From Balanoglossus misakiensis (Eukaryota; Animalia; Hemichordata), in the NCBI GenBank assembly GCA_040954595.2, contig CM082597.2, positions 5,089,244 through 5,153,243 of the forward strand: a stretch of 64,000 bases of DNA. The letters run 5' to 3'. Below are positions 26,501 to 40,426 of this stretch, in pieces. Under the pieces are notes generated by a model. The model did not search any database. It was not told where the DNA came from and was given only the letters and a program-made list of their open reading frames with translations. Both the position numbers and the translations under genes were made by a program. The first letter of the stretch is position 1. Every line of letters begins with the position of its first letter.

Positions 26501-26854
26501 TCCGATTTGCGAACACAAACAGGGAACCTTATTCAGGGGCTAACTTTTGAATGCGCATAGCGGTCGAGGAGGAGTATTCTTTCACGCAAAGGTCTCTCGT
26601 ATAACAAGAGCGTTTTGTTCGCCAACAAGAATTCCTGCGCCGTTGCTTCTGAAACGCTGCCATGCCGTGGAAAATGCGGCTTTTACACACCTTGGAGATC
26701 GTACCCCTGCAAAGAACATAACGGTAATCGCCTGTGAACGCTTTTTATTAATCCCCCGACAGCGAGAATCTGTTTGTTAACTTCGTCATCGGAACTTAAA
26801 ATCCCTTGGATAAGTATTTAGCCAAACTCTGACAAGTTTTTTTGACTCGGAAAT

Positions 26855-26917
26855 ATGACCACGTCAAGCGGATCGCATCGCCCGAGAAAATCTCAGACGA
26901 CTTGGGAAGAATGGATG
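26855..26917 (+). CDS. DIXDC1: DIXDC1 candidate alternative first coding exon B (MTTSSGSHRPRKSQTTWEEWM)
   Basis: ATG with A at -3; ATG|GTAGGT donor in phase 0; lies at the end of a CpG-rich domain with a YY1 site (CCGCCATTTT, about 25983) upstream. Confidence 0.6.
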
Positions 26918-29900
26918 GTAGGTTTAAAATGATCTCGTTAATGGGTCAACTTAACACTTCATTGAAGTTTTGCGTGACAAATACACACAACTAATACGGT
27001 GTTCCTATTGTCCGTTGTGTTTCACAACTCCTATGCCTACTACTGCGTTTGCTTGTCCGGCCCCGCTACGTGAACTTTTCCCCAACCTCAAGGACCCCAG
27101 TCCCCTTAGATAGCGGACACCGCTTATTTGCCAATACTGATTACAGATTAGGCAGGTGGCCAGAACCGCTATGTTTGTTCGAGCTAAAATGCACACATGT
27201 ACGTGTACCTGATCATTTTTTTTCTTGCAGTGAGGCGCTTTTTTCGTAGAACAGTCTTGCCTTGTCAACATATCACTGTGATAGTGTGGTCGTCTATTCT
27301 AACTGAAATGATAACGCGACAAATCAAAATACGACGCCTATGGTAGTAGTGTTATGAAGGGACGCACACCTCCGATCCGTCTATAATTACATAATATAAA
27401 TCACCAACTTTATTCTTTTTCCATTCACACCATATCCAATTCAGCAGATCATACAATGATCAGTCTCTATAGATCTGTTTCCTGTTGACGTTTTTCTGTA
27501 TACCACTTGCTATCACTGTTCAACTACAGATGGTCAACAACGGTCACTGCGACTTGTAGACATAGCCTGCTTCAAGAACAAGTTCGTGGAACAAACTTGG
27601 CCACGAACTTGTTGACCAGTGGCCAGACAGCCACAAGGCCATTGAACCCAGGGCAGTAATCACCCTAACAACAAATCCCCCAAAATCCACTAACCCCCAT
27701 TGGCTACTTAATATTTAAAGTCAAAATAATATTTGACCTGCTAAGGTTCTTCAACAAACATGGCAAAATGAAACTTTATGTGCAAATATTTGAACTGACT
27801 TGGCAGTCGTCCTGTTGAAGTTTCTCAACAAATATTAAACATGTATTTTGAGTGTGTAGATCTCGCAAAAGTTAGTAAATAGCTAATTAAAAGATTCAGA
27901 GTATGTGTCTTAGGTTTGGAGCGTATTGTCATCATTTGTGTTCTATTGAAACTAATCTATTGAACGCAATTGACGTGAGATTTGGAATGAGATGACATCA
28001 TCTGAAACCGAATACAGGTTCTGATAAATAAAAAATCATAAAAAACTAATATTTCTACCTACTCTAATTCTGAAAAGCATGTTTCCAGAACCAAACAGTT
28101 ATTTTCTTTATTTTGGCCTCGTGGCAAATTGTCAAGTATTGACTGTTACCCCAGTGGCAGGGTCTTGGCTGGGGCCAAGCTGTTTCTACAAGTATTTGTG
28201 TACAACTCTTAAATAGTTTTATGGCGGGTTAATAGGTTGTATTGCTTTGTAGCTAAACTGTCAACCCGACTTGTGTAGTGTCTTGATGACAGGACGCTGT
28301 GGGTCTTTTAGTGCATAAGTTAAGGCAGCGTTGGTGGTCGCCCCGGCAACGGGCCCTCATCTGAGATGGAAATAAGGTGTTGGGTCGCGGCTAATCACCC
28401 GTGACATGAATCACATTACAATCCAGGTATTGTCAGCACTGCCTGTGATGTGTGTGTGGAATGCTACTGGTGAATGCTTTAAGTAGAATGAGCAAATAAT
28501 TGGATGAGATTCTAACAGATGTTTTTGGGAGAATTTGTTTGCGAGTTTAACAGGAAAGTTAAAAATCAAGGTGAAATTTACACTATGTACATGTATGTGT
28601 ATTGCAAAAAAAATCCCCTAAGTTACAACAATCGTCCCTTTAAACAAGGATATATATCAGTATATATTCTCTCTAAAATCATAGTAGTTTCCAGTTTAAC
28701 ATTATTACTTGAATTGAAAGTGATGTTCAATTTTTCATCACAAACATTTTAATCTGCCATTCACATCAGTGTGTGCAAAACACACACATGCGTTTCTCCA
28801 AAATATACAAGAAAAAGTGGATAATATTTTGATAACATGGTTTTGCTTGTAACATATGAGGGGAAAGTAGTAATGAAAACATTTAATGATACAATGGTGA
28901 AAGTATTCAAAATGAACTAATTTTTAATTTATTAAAAACATAGTGAGAGTTATTTATACCAATTTCACCAACTAGATGTATTATGGTTTCTATAATTGAC
29001 AATCTGTATGTTCCACACCACTTTCTACATTTGTGTCTGAACTCAGTAGGAGAGCAGTGTTCAGATGACAGCCAAGCCTAAACTGTGTCAGCACGCAGAC
29101 CCTGAATAAACACAGGCAACTACAACTCTTCACATGAAAGACAGGTAGCCATAACAGTTTGCGCAGACCCACGCAACTCGGGCCCCGGCTTGAAACAACA
29201 CGGGAGATTTGATACGTTGCCTTCAAATGGATTAGTTTTCAAGTGAATAATTTCTAGTGAACCACGCCCCAGCGCAAAGGGACACTGAGTCAACAGTGTC
29301 TGAAATGGAAAGTTGGCGTACTGTGAATGGAGACATTGAAAAGGGGGAGATTTAAAGCCTTTGATCACAATTCCTGTTATACAAACACAAGGATTTTTGT
29401 TAAAGGCTGCGTGAGCGAAAACAGTCTCTGCTTCTAAATCATAAATAACTGCACAGAACTTGGGCTCGTAAATGCTGACTAAACGTAGCATAATGAAGGG
29501 AAAACAGTCAAATAGGGATACTGAACTTGAAAGCTAGATGGTCACAAATGGTGCCCAAACGTAATATACTTTTAGTGTGGTTGTTGAACTTGTACAATAT
29601 TGCCACATTGTTGCAATACTGACGCAAATACACAATGCACTGGTCAGTCCCTTTACAACTGACCTTTGAGGTCATTACCATTGCGCATAATCCCCCCAGA
29701 TTAGCGGATTTAAGGGGGACAGCGACCTTGATGGTGTGCTTCTTTGTCTCCGTGGAAACGTTGGGAAAATGCAGCTGAGAATAATTAGTGGATTTAGCTA
29801 AGGTCAATGCCCCTGTTGTTGTAATGGTGAATTAGTCACCATGGAAACTGGTGACAACACAGGTGATAGTTGTTACAGTTAATTATAGGTGCATTGTATC

Positions 29901-32900
29901 TCATGCTTCATGCTTGTAAGAAGGTTGATATAAACAATATCACCCGTGTGTAAAGGTATGGATAGAAATTTCAACCATATTGGCAAGTTATAGCATTAAC
30001 ATACAGATTGTATGGTTCAACACACTGTGTCCCACTGTTCAGTATACAGATCACATAGAATCTAGTAAATTTTAACTTGTTCAATGAAATATAATGTGTC
30101 AGCCAAATAGCACCAGCTGGATTTTGTGTAGTGTAAAGGTTAAATTTGTAACAAAAATAGTGATCACTTGATGCGGATTGTATCAACACAACTTGGAAAG
30201 TTTATTGCAAGTGTTAGTGACCTGGACATTCCACTGCCAAGAAATAGTACCAAACAAAATGTTTTCGCGACTTAAGTTCAGTATTTCGTACTGGGTACAG
30301 CTTACATTGTTTACAAGTTATGCTTTATTAAGTCTTCACCGGGAAAGCTGTCGACATATCTTACTTTTCAGCACCCTGGTTTGACAGCAAATGGGGTGAA
30401 AGTTTTGAAGAAAATTGAGACCAGTCTGAAGTTGAGTAATTCACAGTGTCAGTGTCTTGCAGTATTATTGTAAGTCTCCGGAAATTGTTGCCATGCCAAC
30501 ATTAATCTGCAAGAAACAGGAATTATGGGTGATTTAATTTTGGCATGTTAGGATGACACTTGATCCTGCACCGATTGTGTAACCATGGCAATGTTAAAAC
30601 TACCATTTCATGCTCTTTGCATATAACCCAGATACATCATTTGCTTCTCTGGTACATACGTGTAGAAAACTCACATACTTACATAGTTGTTGACATCAAA
30701 ATAAAACATGTCTCGGTGTTTACATCTAAATCACATGCAGGAATTTTAACCCAGGCAGTTGATCAATGATCATACACAATACATTTTGACTGATTTTTTG
30801 ATACTATGTAACCATTGACTTAATCTTAAAAAGTTTTAAGTAAAATGTACTTACAATGTATCAAAAATTTCAGATAAATGCACCTTTTGAAACACATAAA
30901 GCACTTCCCAACCATGGACAATTTACCATAAATGTATACAATTGTGCATAATTTGTAAATGGTTTGTGTCTGATTCTGTATCTACAAAATGTCAGATATA
31001 CATATATGCAAATAAAGTGTTACCATTATTCCAAAATGTAGGGCAGTTATGACAGATGCTGTAAAAATATAAAATGGTGACAGTCACATTCAGAAATCAT
31101 ATTTTTCATCTTGAAAATTACAAATTAAAATTCTCAGTGGTATAGATTTCGCCTGTGAATTATTGTAGCTCATCAGAAACATGAAGAAAAGAAAAATTTT
31201 GAACACTGAAGGAAAGTACTAGTATGTGAGAGTGTAGTCATATATGCCGTTGGTTTTGAATTATTAATGTGGGTAATAAAATCGGATGGAGTTGATCCAG
31301 TGAAAACCATCTAGTTTTATTACCACGGAAACACTTTGCCATGTTATGGGCAGCTGTGATCGTTACAGTTGTGAAGGAAATTAGAAGTTCATCAATAAAG
31401 TGTAATGTTTGTGTGTCGAGAATGGTTTGTAGTTGAAGGTACAGGATGTGTATCTAGATTTTATGTCATCCTTCGTGCTATTGTAGGATAACCATCTCAT
31501 TATTCAAAATGAACACTTTTACAGGCGCACCTTCTCATAAGAAATGCAGTAAAAACTGATTGTTAGTGAGTAGATATGTTAGTTAGCAGATTTACAATCA
31601 GTGTGCCCTTTTGCAAGTTTGATTATCAAAATCTTTGAATCAATGTGAGAATTTCTAGAAATTTCTCTGTGGCAGCCGTATACTTTCACAGGTTAAATGG
31701 ATAACTTTCATGTGTTTTCTGAATGTATTGAATAAGTAACATAACTCTTTTTGACAATTTACCGTATTGTTTATTTAGGCTGCAAGTCAAGAGACCCTCT
31801 GGCTTGTAGAAGGTGATATGTCACCCTATTTAATAGGTGAAAGTGTACATGTGATACTAAACAGTGTTTTTGAAATACAATATGTAATCCTATGCTGTTA
31901 ACTAACATAGAATTTTATAAAATGTTGGACAGAAATGAATGAAAACCTCCAGTTTTGTGAAAAATATTGGCGTCGAACAATGTTTATAATGTGACAGAAT
32001 ACATCAATGTTCTGAAGGTGACCTACCAAATGATAATAGAAAAGTTAAACTTCTAAAAGTGAAGTCACACATCATTTGCTGTGGGGTGGGAACTTTTAGT
32101 TTAAAGGGCAAGACTGACCTTCGACCTCTACATCCCTCCGAGGCATCAACCGCTCAATGGATGGCCAGGGGGCTTGTGTTTTGAAACGGAGGACATTACA
32201 TTTGAACACACTGGTTTGAATTCAAAATGATCCTTGTAAAGGTGAAGGAATATTCAGGCAAACCTTGCCCTGTTTTATTTTGACACAGAAAGTGAGCTGT
32301 TTGTTTTGTGAAGAGATGGTCTTTTGTAGATCTGTTTATATGAGAATTTCTGTGATGATGAAGTCAGACATGCTGGCGCATGGATATGAAAAGTTAAGTG
32401 CGTTTGGTGATCCGGATTAATGGCTCTGCCAGTTGGAATCACATCCAGGGTTCTAATAAAACACTGCAATGAAATGATGCGTTGGTTTTGAGGCCTGGAA
32501 AAATTATTGCCACCTACTCTCCCAGCATGGTATTTGTGCAACTTTCATTTCAATGCAAACTATGCATGGTTGTCTGTGCCAGTTTAACAAACCACTCAGG
32601 TGTTGAATTTTCAAATCTCATCACATCAGTTTTTCGGTCACAGCTTGCTATGATGTGATTAATTTAGGCCATTTAAGTCTGTACCAGCGTTTATTAACAC
32701 ACACACTAAAGGGATCAGCTGAATGTAATTTGCAGTATCCCCATATCATAATTGGATTTTACTCTTCACAATTTACTAAATTGATTAATCTCCACCAAAA
32801 TAATTAGTATATAATCCACTTCTGTATGCTATGAAGGATAGTGTTAATAATATTAAACCCTACAGTATCACCAGTCAACTGAACCAAAATCTTACATAAA

Positions 32901-33007
32901 GAACTCAGTAAACTAACTCTGTATAATTATTAATAAAAGCTAAATTACTCCTTATCTTAGTTCATAAAATACTCTTGGAAAATGTATAAAATATATGAAC
33001 CATATAT

Positions 33008-33219
33008 AACTGATGAAAAAACTAAGGATTTTACTTTCATACTAATGGTGTCAAAGTTTCTACAAATTCTAGGTGAAATGTGTGTCGTGTGCTTCACATT
33101 GTAAAGTCGCTGCAACTGATGAAAAAACTAAGGATTTTACTTTCATACTAATGGTGTCAAAGTTTCTACAAATTCTAGGTGAAATGTGTGTCGTGTGCTT
33201 CACATTGTAAAGTCGCTGC
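33008..33219. repeat. Perfect 106-bp tandem duplication
   Basis: 33008-33113 is identical to 33114-33219. Confidence 0.95.
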
Positions 33220-34487
33220 GTCAATGACTAAGTGAATCAACAATAGTATAGTAATGACCCCTAATATCAGCTTAACAATAGTGTGTTGGAATGCACCATT
33301 GGCTGTTTGCCAATATGGCCCCTCACAACAACATAGCTATTTCAACTTTTCAAGTATAATGGTTTTTACTCTGTGTAAAGGCTGATGCATCACACTGGTG
33401 TGTTAAGGTGTCCAGTCGAAATTTGTACCCTGGGGATCAGTTAGGTCAATAATTAGGCATTTAATTATTTTACAATATTTGTTTTTGTCTTAAAAATAAT
33501 GTCATCTGTAAACAAACAACAGCACACAAATGAACATTGCAATGATTTAGTGGTAAGGTTTGAAATTTGACTGCTATTTTTAGCCGTCTGCTTGAACTCT
33601 GGGTTCAATCTTTGGTCTGTATTATTTGATATGAAATAGTGTTCTATTACAATATAACACTGCCACTGGCAAGAATAACTTACAATATAAAACAAATTTC
33701 AAAAGATGTGTTGTTTTATTTCTCATTACAACAGTTATCAATGAAAATAGACAATTATGCTATTGTATCTGTCAAGACCCATGTTATTTGTATATTTATT
33801 TTGGTTTGTAATTAGATTGTTCAGTATTTCCACTACCTACATTGTCGAGAGTGACATAATATAATGTACTGTCCTGTAATGTAAGTTAATGTAGTTTAAA
33901 GGCCAGGATATCACACCCATGTGTAGATCATTCAATAAACAATTTGCGGCAGAGAATTGTTAGCAGGATCCATTGTTAAAAAACTATTCAAAACAATACT
34001 GTACATGTACTATAGTATTCTATATCATGGTATACAGTACTGTTTTCCACTGTATTGTATTAGTGTAGTCAATGTATTATAAGGACGTACATACAATATT
34101 CACTTGTCACAAGACAGGTTTGTGACATATATTTTATAGTTTACCAATATAGAACAACTATAATGTCAGCCATAGTTAGCTTTCAATAGTTTAAAACCTG
34201 TATGTCACATACTTCACTGACGTTGGCAGAAGTCCATAGATACTCTGACATCAAGCCCAGAAGTCTCTGCATGTGTGCAGTGAGTTTTATGCGTTAGTAC
34301 AAAGGGTGACAGAGGTATTGTTAAACCGCTCAGGACAATACAGAGTGATCACTCGAGGGACACAGACTCGGTCTGTGTAAGACACTGTCGCGTCTAGCAC
34401 TTTTCGAGCGCCGGTCACTTTATTCGGAACTTGGCTAAAAAACCCACACACCACATCTACGAGATTGTCATCTTGTCAGACAATGGG

Positions 34488-34502
34488 ATGAATTTCACCC
34501 AG
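34488..34502 (+). CDS. DIXDC1: DIXDC1 candidate alternative first coding exon C (MNFTQ)
   Basis: ATG AAT TTC ACC CAG|GTGAGA, phase 0; local CpG cluster at 34350-34465. Confidence 0.4.
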
Positions 34503-35058
34503 GTGAGAGCAGTTTGATATGTCTTTTAAGTCTGTGACACACAGGATAGTGTGACAGTGCGAATCTTGACACCTATTCTGGTACACACTGACAATATGAC
34601 TTCTGTGCAGACAATAGCAATTGTGTGTGGCGTAGCTACATGCAAGATAACTCCACGGGGAGTCTTGTACTAGCACTTACATTATAATATTCGGTTGTGG
34701 TGTTATAATTTTAGCATTGTTAGCATGCGTATATTATCAGCATGTTGCACGTTTCCATAACTGCCTGTAAGTGTTCAACATAGGTGTGAAATTTCTACAT
34801 GAATACATATAGGTATAGTACCCTTCAAAGGATTCTGGAAGTGTTGTAATTTATGTTGGTTAGTACACTTAGTTTGATGTTGTGCCATCACCATGGGATT
34901 ACGGAATCACCTATTCCCCAGTAACCATCGAGTGTTGTCAAAGTAGTTTGTTTTCAACAAAGTGGTTTGTGTTTGTCTGAATGTGACGCCAAGTGCCGAA
35001 ATGTCCTCCTGGTTGGAAAGACTCTAAGCATGTTGTGACCTGCGTCTCAATGTGTGTC

Positions 35059-35418
35059 CATTGTTGGAAGCCCATGATGTCCCCTGTACACTTTGTACTC
35101 GGGGCTTTTGAAGGTTAGCTCCCACTCTAGATCACTGTCACTGTTTCAGTATAGAACTGAGGTCAAATTGCAGGAAAATCGACGAAAGCATTTGCCAGAT
35201 CATATCATATCCTTAAAATAAAACTGGTATTTGCACTTTTTCTGTTACTTCATTGTTGGAAGCCCATGATGTCCCCTGTACTCGGTGCTTTTGAAGGTTC
35301 CCACTCTAGCTCACTTTAATCACGTCAGTATATAGAACTGAGGTCAAATTGCAGGAAAATCGACGTTAGCATTTGCCATCAAAGATCATATCCTCAAATA
35401 CAACTAGCATTTGCACTT
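35059..35418. repeat. Diverged tandem duplication (about 170-190-bp units)
   Basis: CATTGTTGGAAGCCCATGATGTCCCCTGTAC...AGAACTGAGGTCAAATTGCAGGAAAATCGACG...TTTGCACTT starting at 35059 and 35251. Confidence 0.9.
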
Positions 35419-36741
35419 GTAAACTTTGTCAGTGTTATTTCGCAAATACAGACTTTCAATTGTGATTATATTGTTTCTGTTTTATGATCAAACCTTTGAA
35501 AGGAAAAAGAGAATAGTATAGCCTGTGATGTAACACGAAGAATGGTGTTTGGTGTTTTATGGCAACTCATGCCAATAAAACCTTTGTTGTCAGGCTGCTA
35601 CACATTAGAAACTCAGGTAATATTATTACTGTAGCAAATAAACTTTGTACACCCAAGTCTCAATACATATAGGTAAACAGCTGGGAAGGTCTCTACATAA
35701 GCAGTTGAATACAGTATCACAAAATGTAACAAATTATCTTGTAGTTTATCAAAACACGGGATTCTGCTTCATTTTGCTGCACTGTCAATATACATGTATC
35801 ACGTACCATTATAGGGACATTATCACAGCTGTTTCCATATGTGTAATGAGACTTGCTAGTAAAAAGTTTACTTTCACCAGTAATAAAGAATACAGACCCA
35901 TATTAATTTAATAGGAGAGGAACAATAATAATTCAAGGACAAGACTGATTTCAGAATAGAATACTAAAAGGATACTGAGGAAATTTCATGATTTATACTG
36001 ATTGCACGTAAGAGTTATACAATGATTGTGCTTTGAGGGCACAGTAATATGTTCAGATGAAAGCTTTCGTCGATTTTTATGTTCTCACAATAAAATGTTA
36101 CTGGTGCTGAGTAAAATCTAGTGGCCGTTTCTACAAAACACAGGATGATGTTATCGAAAATGGTTTCTGGTAGTTTTTAGTTTAATTCACCTGTAATGCA
36201 AACTAACTGGCTGAGTTCCACTGGGCTATACTAAAAATATGTGTTATATTGTGCAGATATACTTTGTAGTCTGGTTTCCTGCTATACAATTGCAAAATGT
36301 GGGACTCAGAAAATTGTTTCCCTGGCTATAGCGGAATACAGAAAATCATCTTGAAATCATGTAATGAACATATACATGTAAGTAACACATATATTGGTAG
36401 AATGTATTCCAGCTATTCTATACTTTAGTGACATCTGAATGTGCCTTGGTTTTGAGTGAGAGCAGGTGATTTTGATGTAGAGTCAATTATCAAACCAATC
36501 ACAGCTTTTTGTCAGAATCGAAACTGGGACAAATAATCTCGCCTACCTGAATGAATAAATTATCACAATGAGATCGACGTTAGTGCCAGCAAGCCGTGAT
36601 CCATTACACTTTGACACGCGCGGTGCATATTGTCAAATCGAGCGTTGTCGAGGAAATTGGAATCACTTGCAGCTATATTTCCTTCTCTATGGTGTTCCTG
36701 AGAGTAGATTTGTGTCGTTTTGGAGATTTTCACTGCGGAAA

Positions 36742-36771
36742 ATGAGTGCTCCGGTTAATGGGAAATACGTG
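36742..36771 (+). CDS. DIXDC1: DIXDC1 candidate alternative first coding exon D (MSAPVNGKYV)
   Basis: AAAATG start; GTG|GTAAGT perfect donor, phase 0; CpG cluster and CCAAT box (about 36496) upstream. Confidence 0.6.
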
Positions 36772-39700
36772 GTAAGTACAGTACAGGCTTGTTCGTATGC
36801 ACTGTACAGTGAGTGGGTGTTGCTGTTACATGCAGAATATCTGCAATTTGACTTTCCAGGAATATATTCCAGCCTTAGTTTCCCCTCATTATTTCTCCAT
36901 GTACCTTCAAATTCAGCCGGAAAAAATCCAGACAAAATCTGGTCATTTTTCATTCTGAAACACACCAGTTCTGATTCAGTGTTCGATTAGCATTCTAGCA
37001 ACATTAACTATAACCCTGGAAGTCTTCTAAGGGATTTACGTATTGTTAAGTGGCAAATTTCAAATGAGAAATCCAAGGTTTCAGAACTATGGAAAATCAT
37101 AGCTGCATACCTAATCCATTCTGTAGAATCACATCATGCTAAAACAGCAGTGGTTTAGGATAGATTATTACATTGAATCGGTTTTCCAGTAAGTCGATTT
37201 GTGGTGATAGAGAGAGTATTACAATTACAATGTTAATTGCTCTGAAAGAACCGTCTAATGAGTCTTTGTTATGTCGGAAACATCATCACAAAGAAAGTGT
37301 GATTATCCTATCATTCAGCTAGAGTATGCAAACATTAATTTGATCAGCAGTCTAGTGATGTAACTTATCTGGCAGAAACGTTAGCAGTATTGGTTTTTAA
37401 TCTAAGATGAAACGTAACACTGTGATAATATTTGATTACACAGCAAGAATCAAAACGTGCAGTTGCCTAAGAATCAAGAGGAATCTGAGGAATGTATTTG
37501 TGTACCTTGTATCTTGATATAGTCACTCATTCTCATATTTCATTCTGACAGATAATTTTACTTCAATAGACTATTATTGTCACATATATCAATGCTTTTC
37601 TCAGAACCCCCAGGTAACATTTACCTGGACACTCCCCTTAACAAAAACACAGTATTCAAATGAAGTAGCCTTTCTTTCTGTGAGTGTTCATTATTTTATG
37701 ACTTCTGAAGAACCTCAAAATCCTAACGTTTCCATGGTAACACAGGAGCATTTGTCTTGCAGTCGTTTTAAGGTCAGTGGAGTGACATTCACTTTTATAG
37801 GGAGGTTGCTAGGAAATGTGGATGTAAAGCCATAAATGTCGGAGATATTTGTCTCCATTAGTGACATTAGTCTGAAAAGGTCAGGGTTTCTTTTGCTTGT
37901 GTGCAATGCATACAGGTAATAAATTCTGTGGATGGTAGTATAAAATTATCCACAAGCAATTGGGGGATTAAACACAATTTTTATTGTAATTGAAAATCAT
38001 ATATTTCTATAATATTGACGACTTACATTGTAATCAGGAGAAAAAGTACAGTATAAAATGTCTAAACGTACAGTAAAACCTCAATAAGCTGTACCCTGTT
38101 TAATCTCGAAACCTGTCTTTTATTCTGACATTCCTGACATTGTTACTGAACTCTCTCACTGTTTATAAACTATCCTATGGAAAAGTAGGGCTATAACTTG
38201 AATATCCAAAAAGCACTCACTGGTTTCCCCTAAAATATGGAATCTTGACATACATGTATTGTAAATTTTTATAAATTTCCATTTTTTCAAGCATTAGGTG
38301 TACAGTGTTGGTTTTATACCATGTTTTAGTATAGTGCCATTGATAACCTGTCTTTGCACTGTAACATTCAAAGGTGTTTGCAATGGTATTTGATCAGGAT
38401 AAGCCAATTACCATTAACTGGTAGCGTTTAAGTCAGTACCATGGAGTAAACTTAGCGTCCAATTCCTGTGAGGAATCGTTGCTATTGTACTACAAATTGA
38501 GCAACCTGCTTACAATGCTAATGACATTTACAAGTTAGAATGGATTTGCAAGTCCGAGGCATAAATTGTCGATGGATCTACATTCAACAATACAGTTTCC
38601 CCATTCTTGAGTTGGTATCAGGATGGTGCATCAGCTTATCGTCTTCGTTTTGTTCATTGTTATCCTTTGTTTTTCAAATGACAATTGGCCATTGTTTGAG
38701 GAAAACAATTTGAATTGTTGTGTGCTGGCACTGCAATCAACAGTATTGAGTTCTCTGCGGCAATTACCACCATTGTGAGTCAACTGTAAGTTGAATTCTG
38801 ATGATAGCCAGGGCAAATCTAATCTATCCATTGATGTCTTGTTCTTTTGATAAGAAGACTTAATGCAAATCAAGACTTGAGTTCTCGTATTGTGGTAAGA
38901 AAAAAATGTAGCACAAGAAAGCCATTTCACTCAATTGCTGGACTATTGACGACAGCGCCCTCTAATTTCAAATAAATGTGTTGTAGAGGGCGCCATTCAT
39001 ATAAGAGGTGTCTGTCATGTATTTATAGGCATTTTCTGATAACATGCATTTATTTTGTTGAAGTTAATTAAAGTGACAATATGCCTATTTTTATGAGTCT
39101 GCACAAAAATATAAGAATATACAAAATGATGCACAGGTAAAAAATGCAAAAAAAAATTATTGCTAAATCTGATCAGAGATGATATTTCAGCTATGTTCAA
39201 TCAGGTGATGTGATGTGATTGTGGGTTTGAACTTAAGATATGTATCCATGTCACTGATAACAAATCTTTGTGGAAGTATTTCAAGTGGTTGTTTTGTCAA
39301 ATGCTTTTGTTCAAATTCGGTTCCCTTAGTCAGGTTACCATCCTATAAGGTTTGAACATTTATTTTTTCAATCCAAGTTTGTTTAAACACTGGCATGTTT
39401 GCATTTCAACGGTGGACAGAGCAATTGCTTTGCTAGTGGGAAGTGCAAAACTCACCTGACAAAATAATTCAAAAATGCATGGTTATTTTTTCCACAATAA
39501 TAGCAAGTATTTATTTCCTTTATTTTTAATTTTCTTCTCACCATTATCAACCTTCCCACCCCCAGTTTCTAATACAAAAGTCCAAATACACCACTGAAAA
39601 CAATAGTGGTTTGGACCATTTGCGATGGTTAGGGGGAGTATTTTATAATCTCTTGATGCTGATGGATGAAAATTTTCCAGTATTGTCCCAAATAGACAAA

Positions 39701-40426
39701 GTTATCAACCCTGCAGTTAGGAAAATGAAATTAGATAATCATAAATTTTGACCATCAAAAATAAAAAGTGGGGGGGGGGGGGGGAATGGTATCCTGAAAT
39801 AGTTATAAATTATTTTTGGGTTGTCTATGTGATAACACCATGATTATTTGAAATACAGAAAAGTGTTTATTCTGTACTCTTAGAACTGAAGAGCTGTGAC
39901 GCAGACTTTGCCAGAGTGTAAATACATTTCTATTTTTAATAGAAAATAACATGTCTGTCATCTGTTGCTAAGTAAACGTGGACAAAATGTGTTGACAACA
40001 TGGGTGCTGTTTGCTGGTGATTATTAATGCAGTGGAAATTGATATTAAATTGAAGAGCGTTTTGGGTGGAGTCACTTTTCCTGTTATTCAGGCATCCGAT
40101 GGTGATGATGACGATATGCTAATGATTTGGTAACCATGGCTACAAGGCAGCTGATTCAGAATGTTGCCAATTTGATGACCTTATGCAAACACGACCCCTG
40201 CGAATGGCAGAGGTCAGCGCACATGACCAGATCGCTTCGGGTGTATCATAAATATTCCCCCGAGAGTCGTGTTGAGGGATTCGGTGCAATGTACACCATG
40301 GCTGCGCGTCCTTCCTCCCGTTTTCCTGTCTTACGTCATTCAGTGCGGTGACTGGGGTACACTGTGGTGATTGTTTTCACACGTGGCGTATGTCACTGTC
40401 ACAATGTCCGTACACTGCCAATGATC

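Noticed and set aside
31097-31184. Hammerhead-like core on the minus strand (CTGATGA-GC...GC-GAAA)
   Set aside because: Stem II has only about 3 bp, the would-be cleavage triplet is AUG (H cannot be G), and stem I needs a bulge in AT-rich sequence. Most likely chance or a dead relic.
37592-37920. ATG-plus-donor pairs at about 37592-37613 and 37906-37915
   Set aside because: Both are phase 1, incompatible with the phase-0 common acceptor, and lack a CpG cluster.
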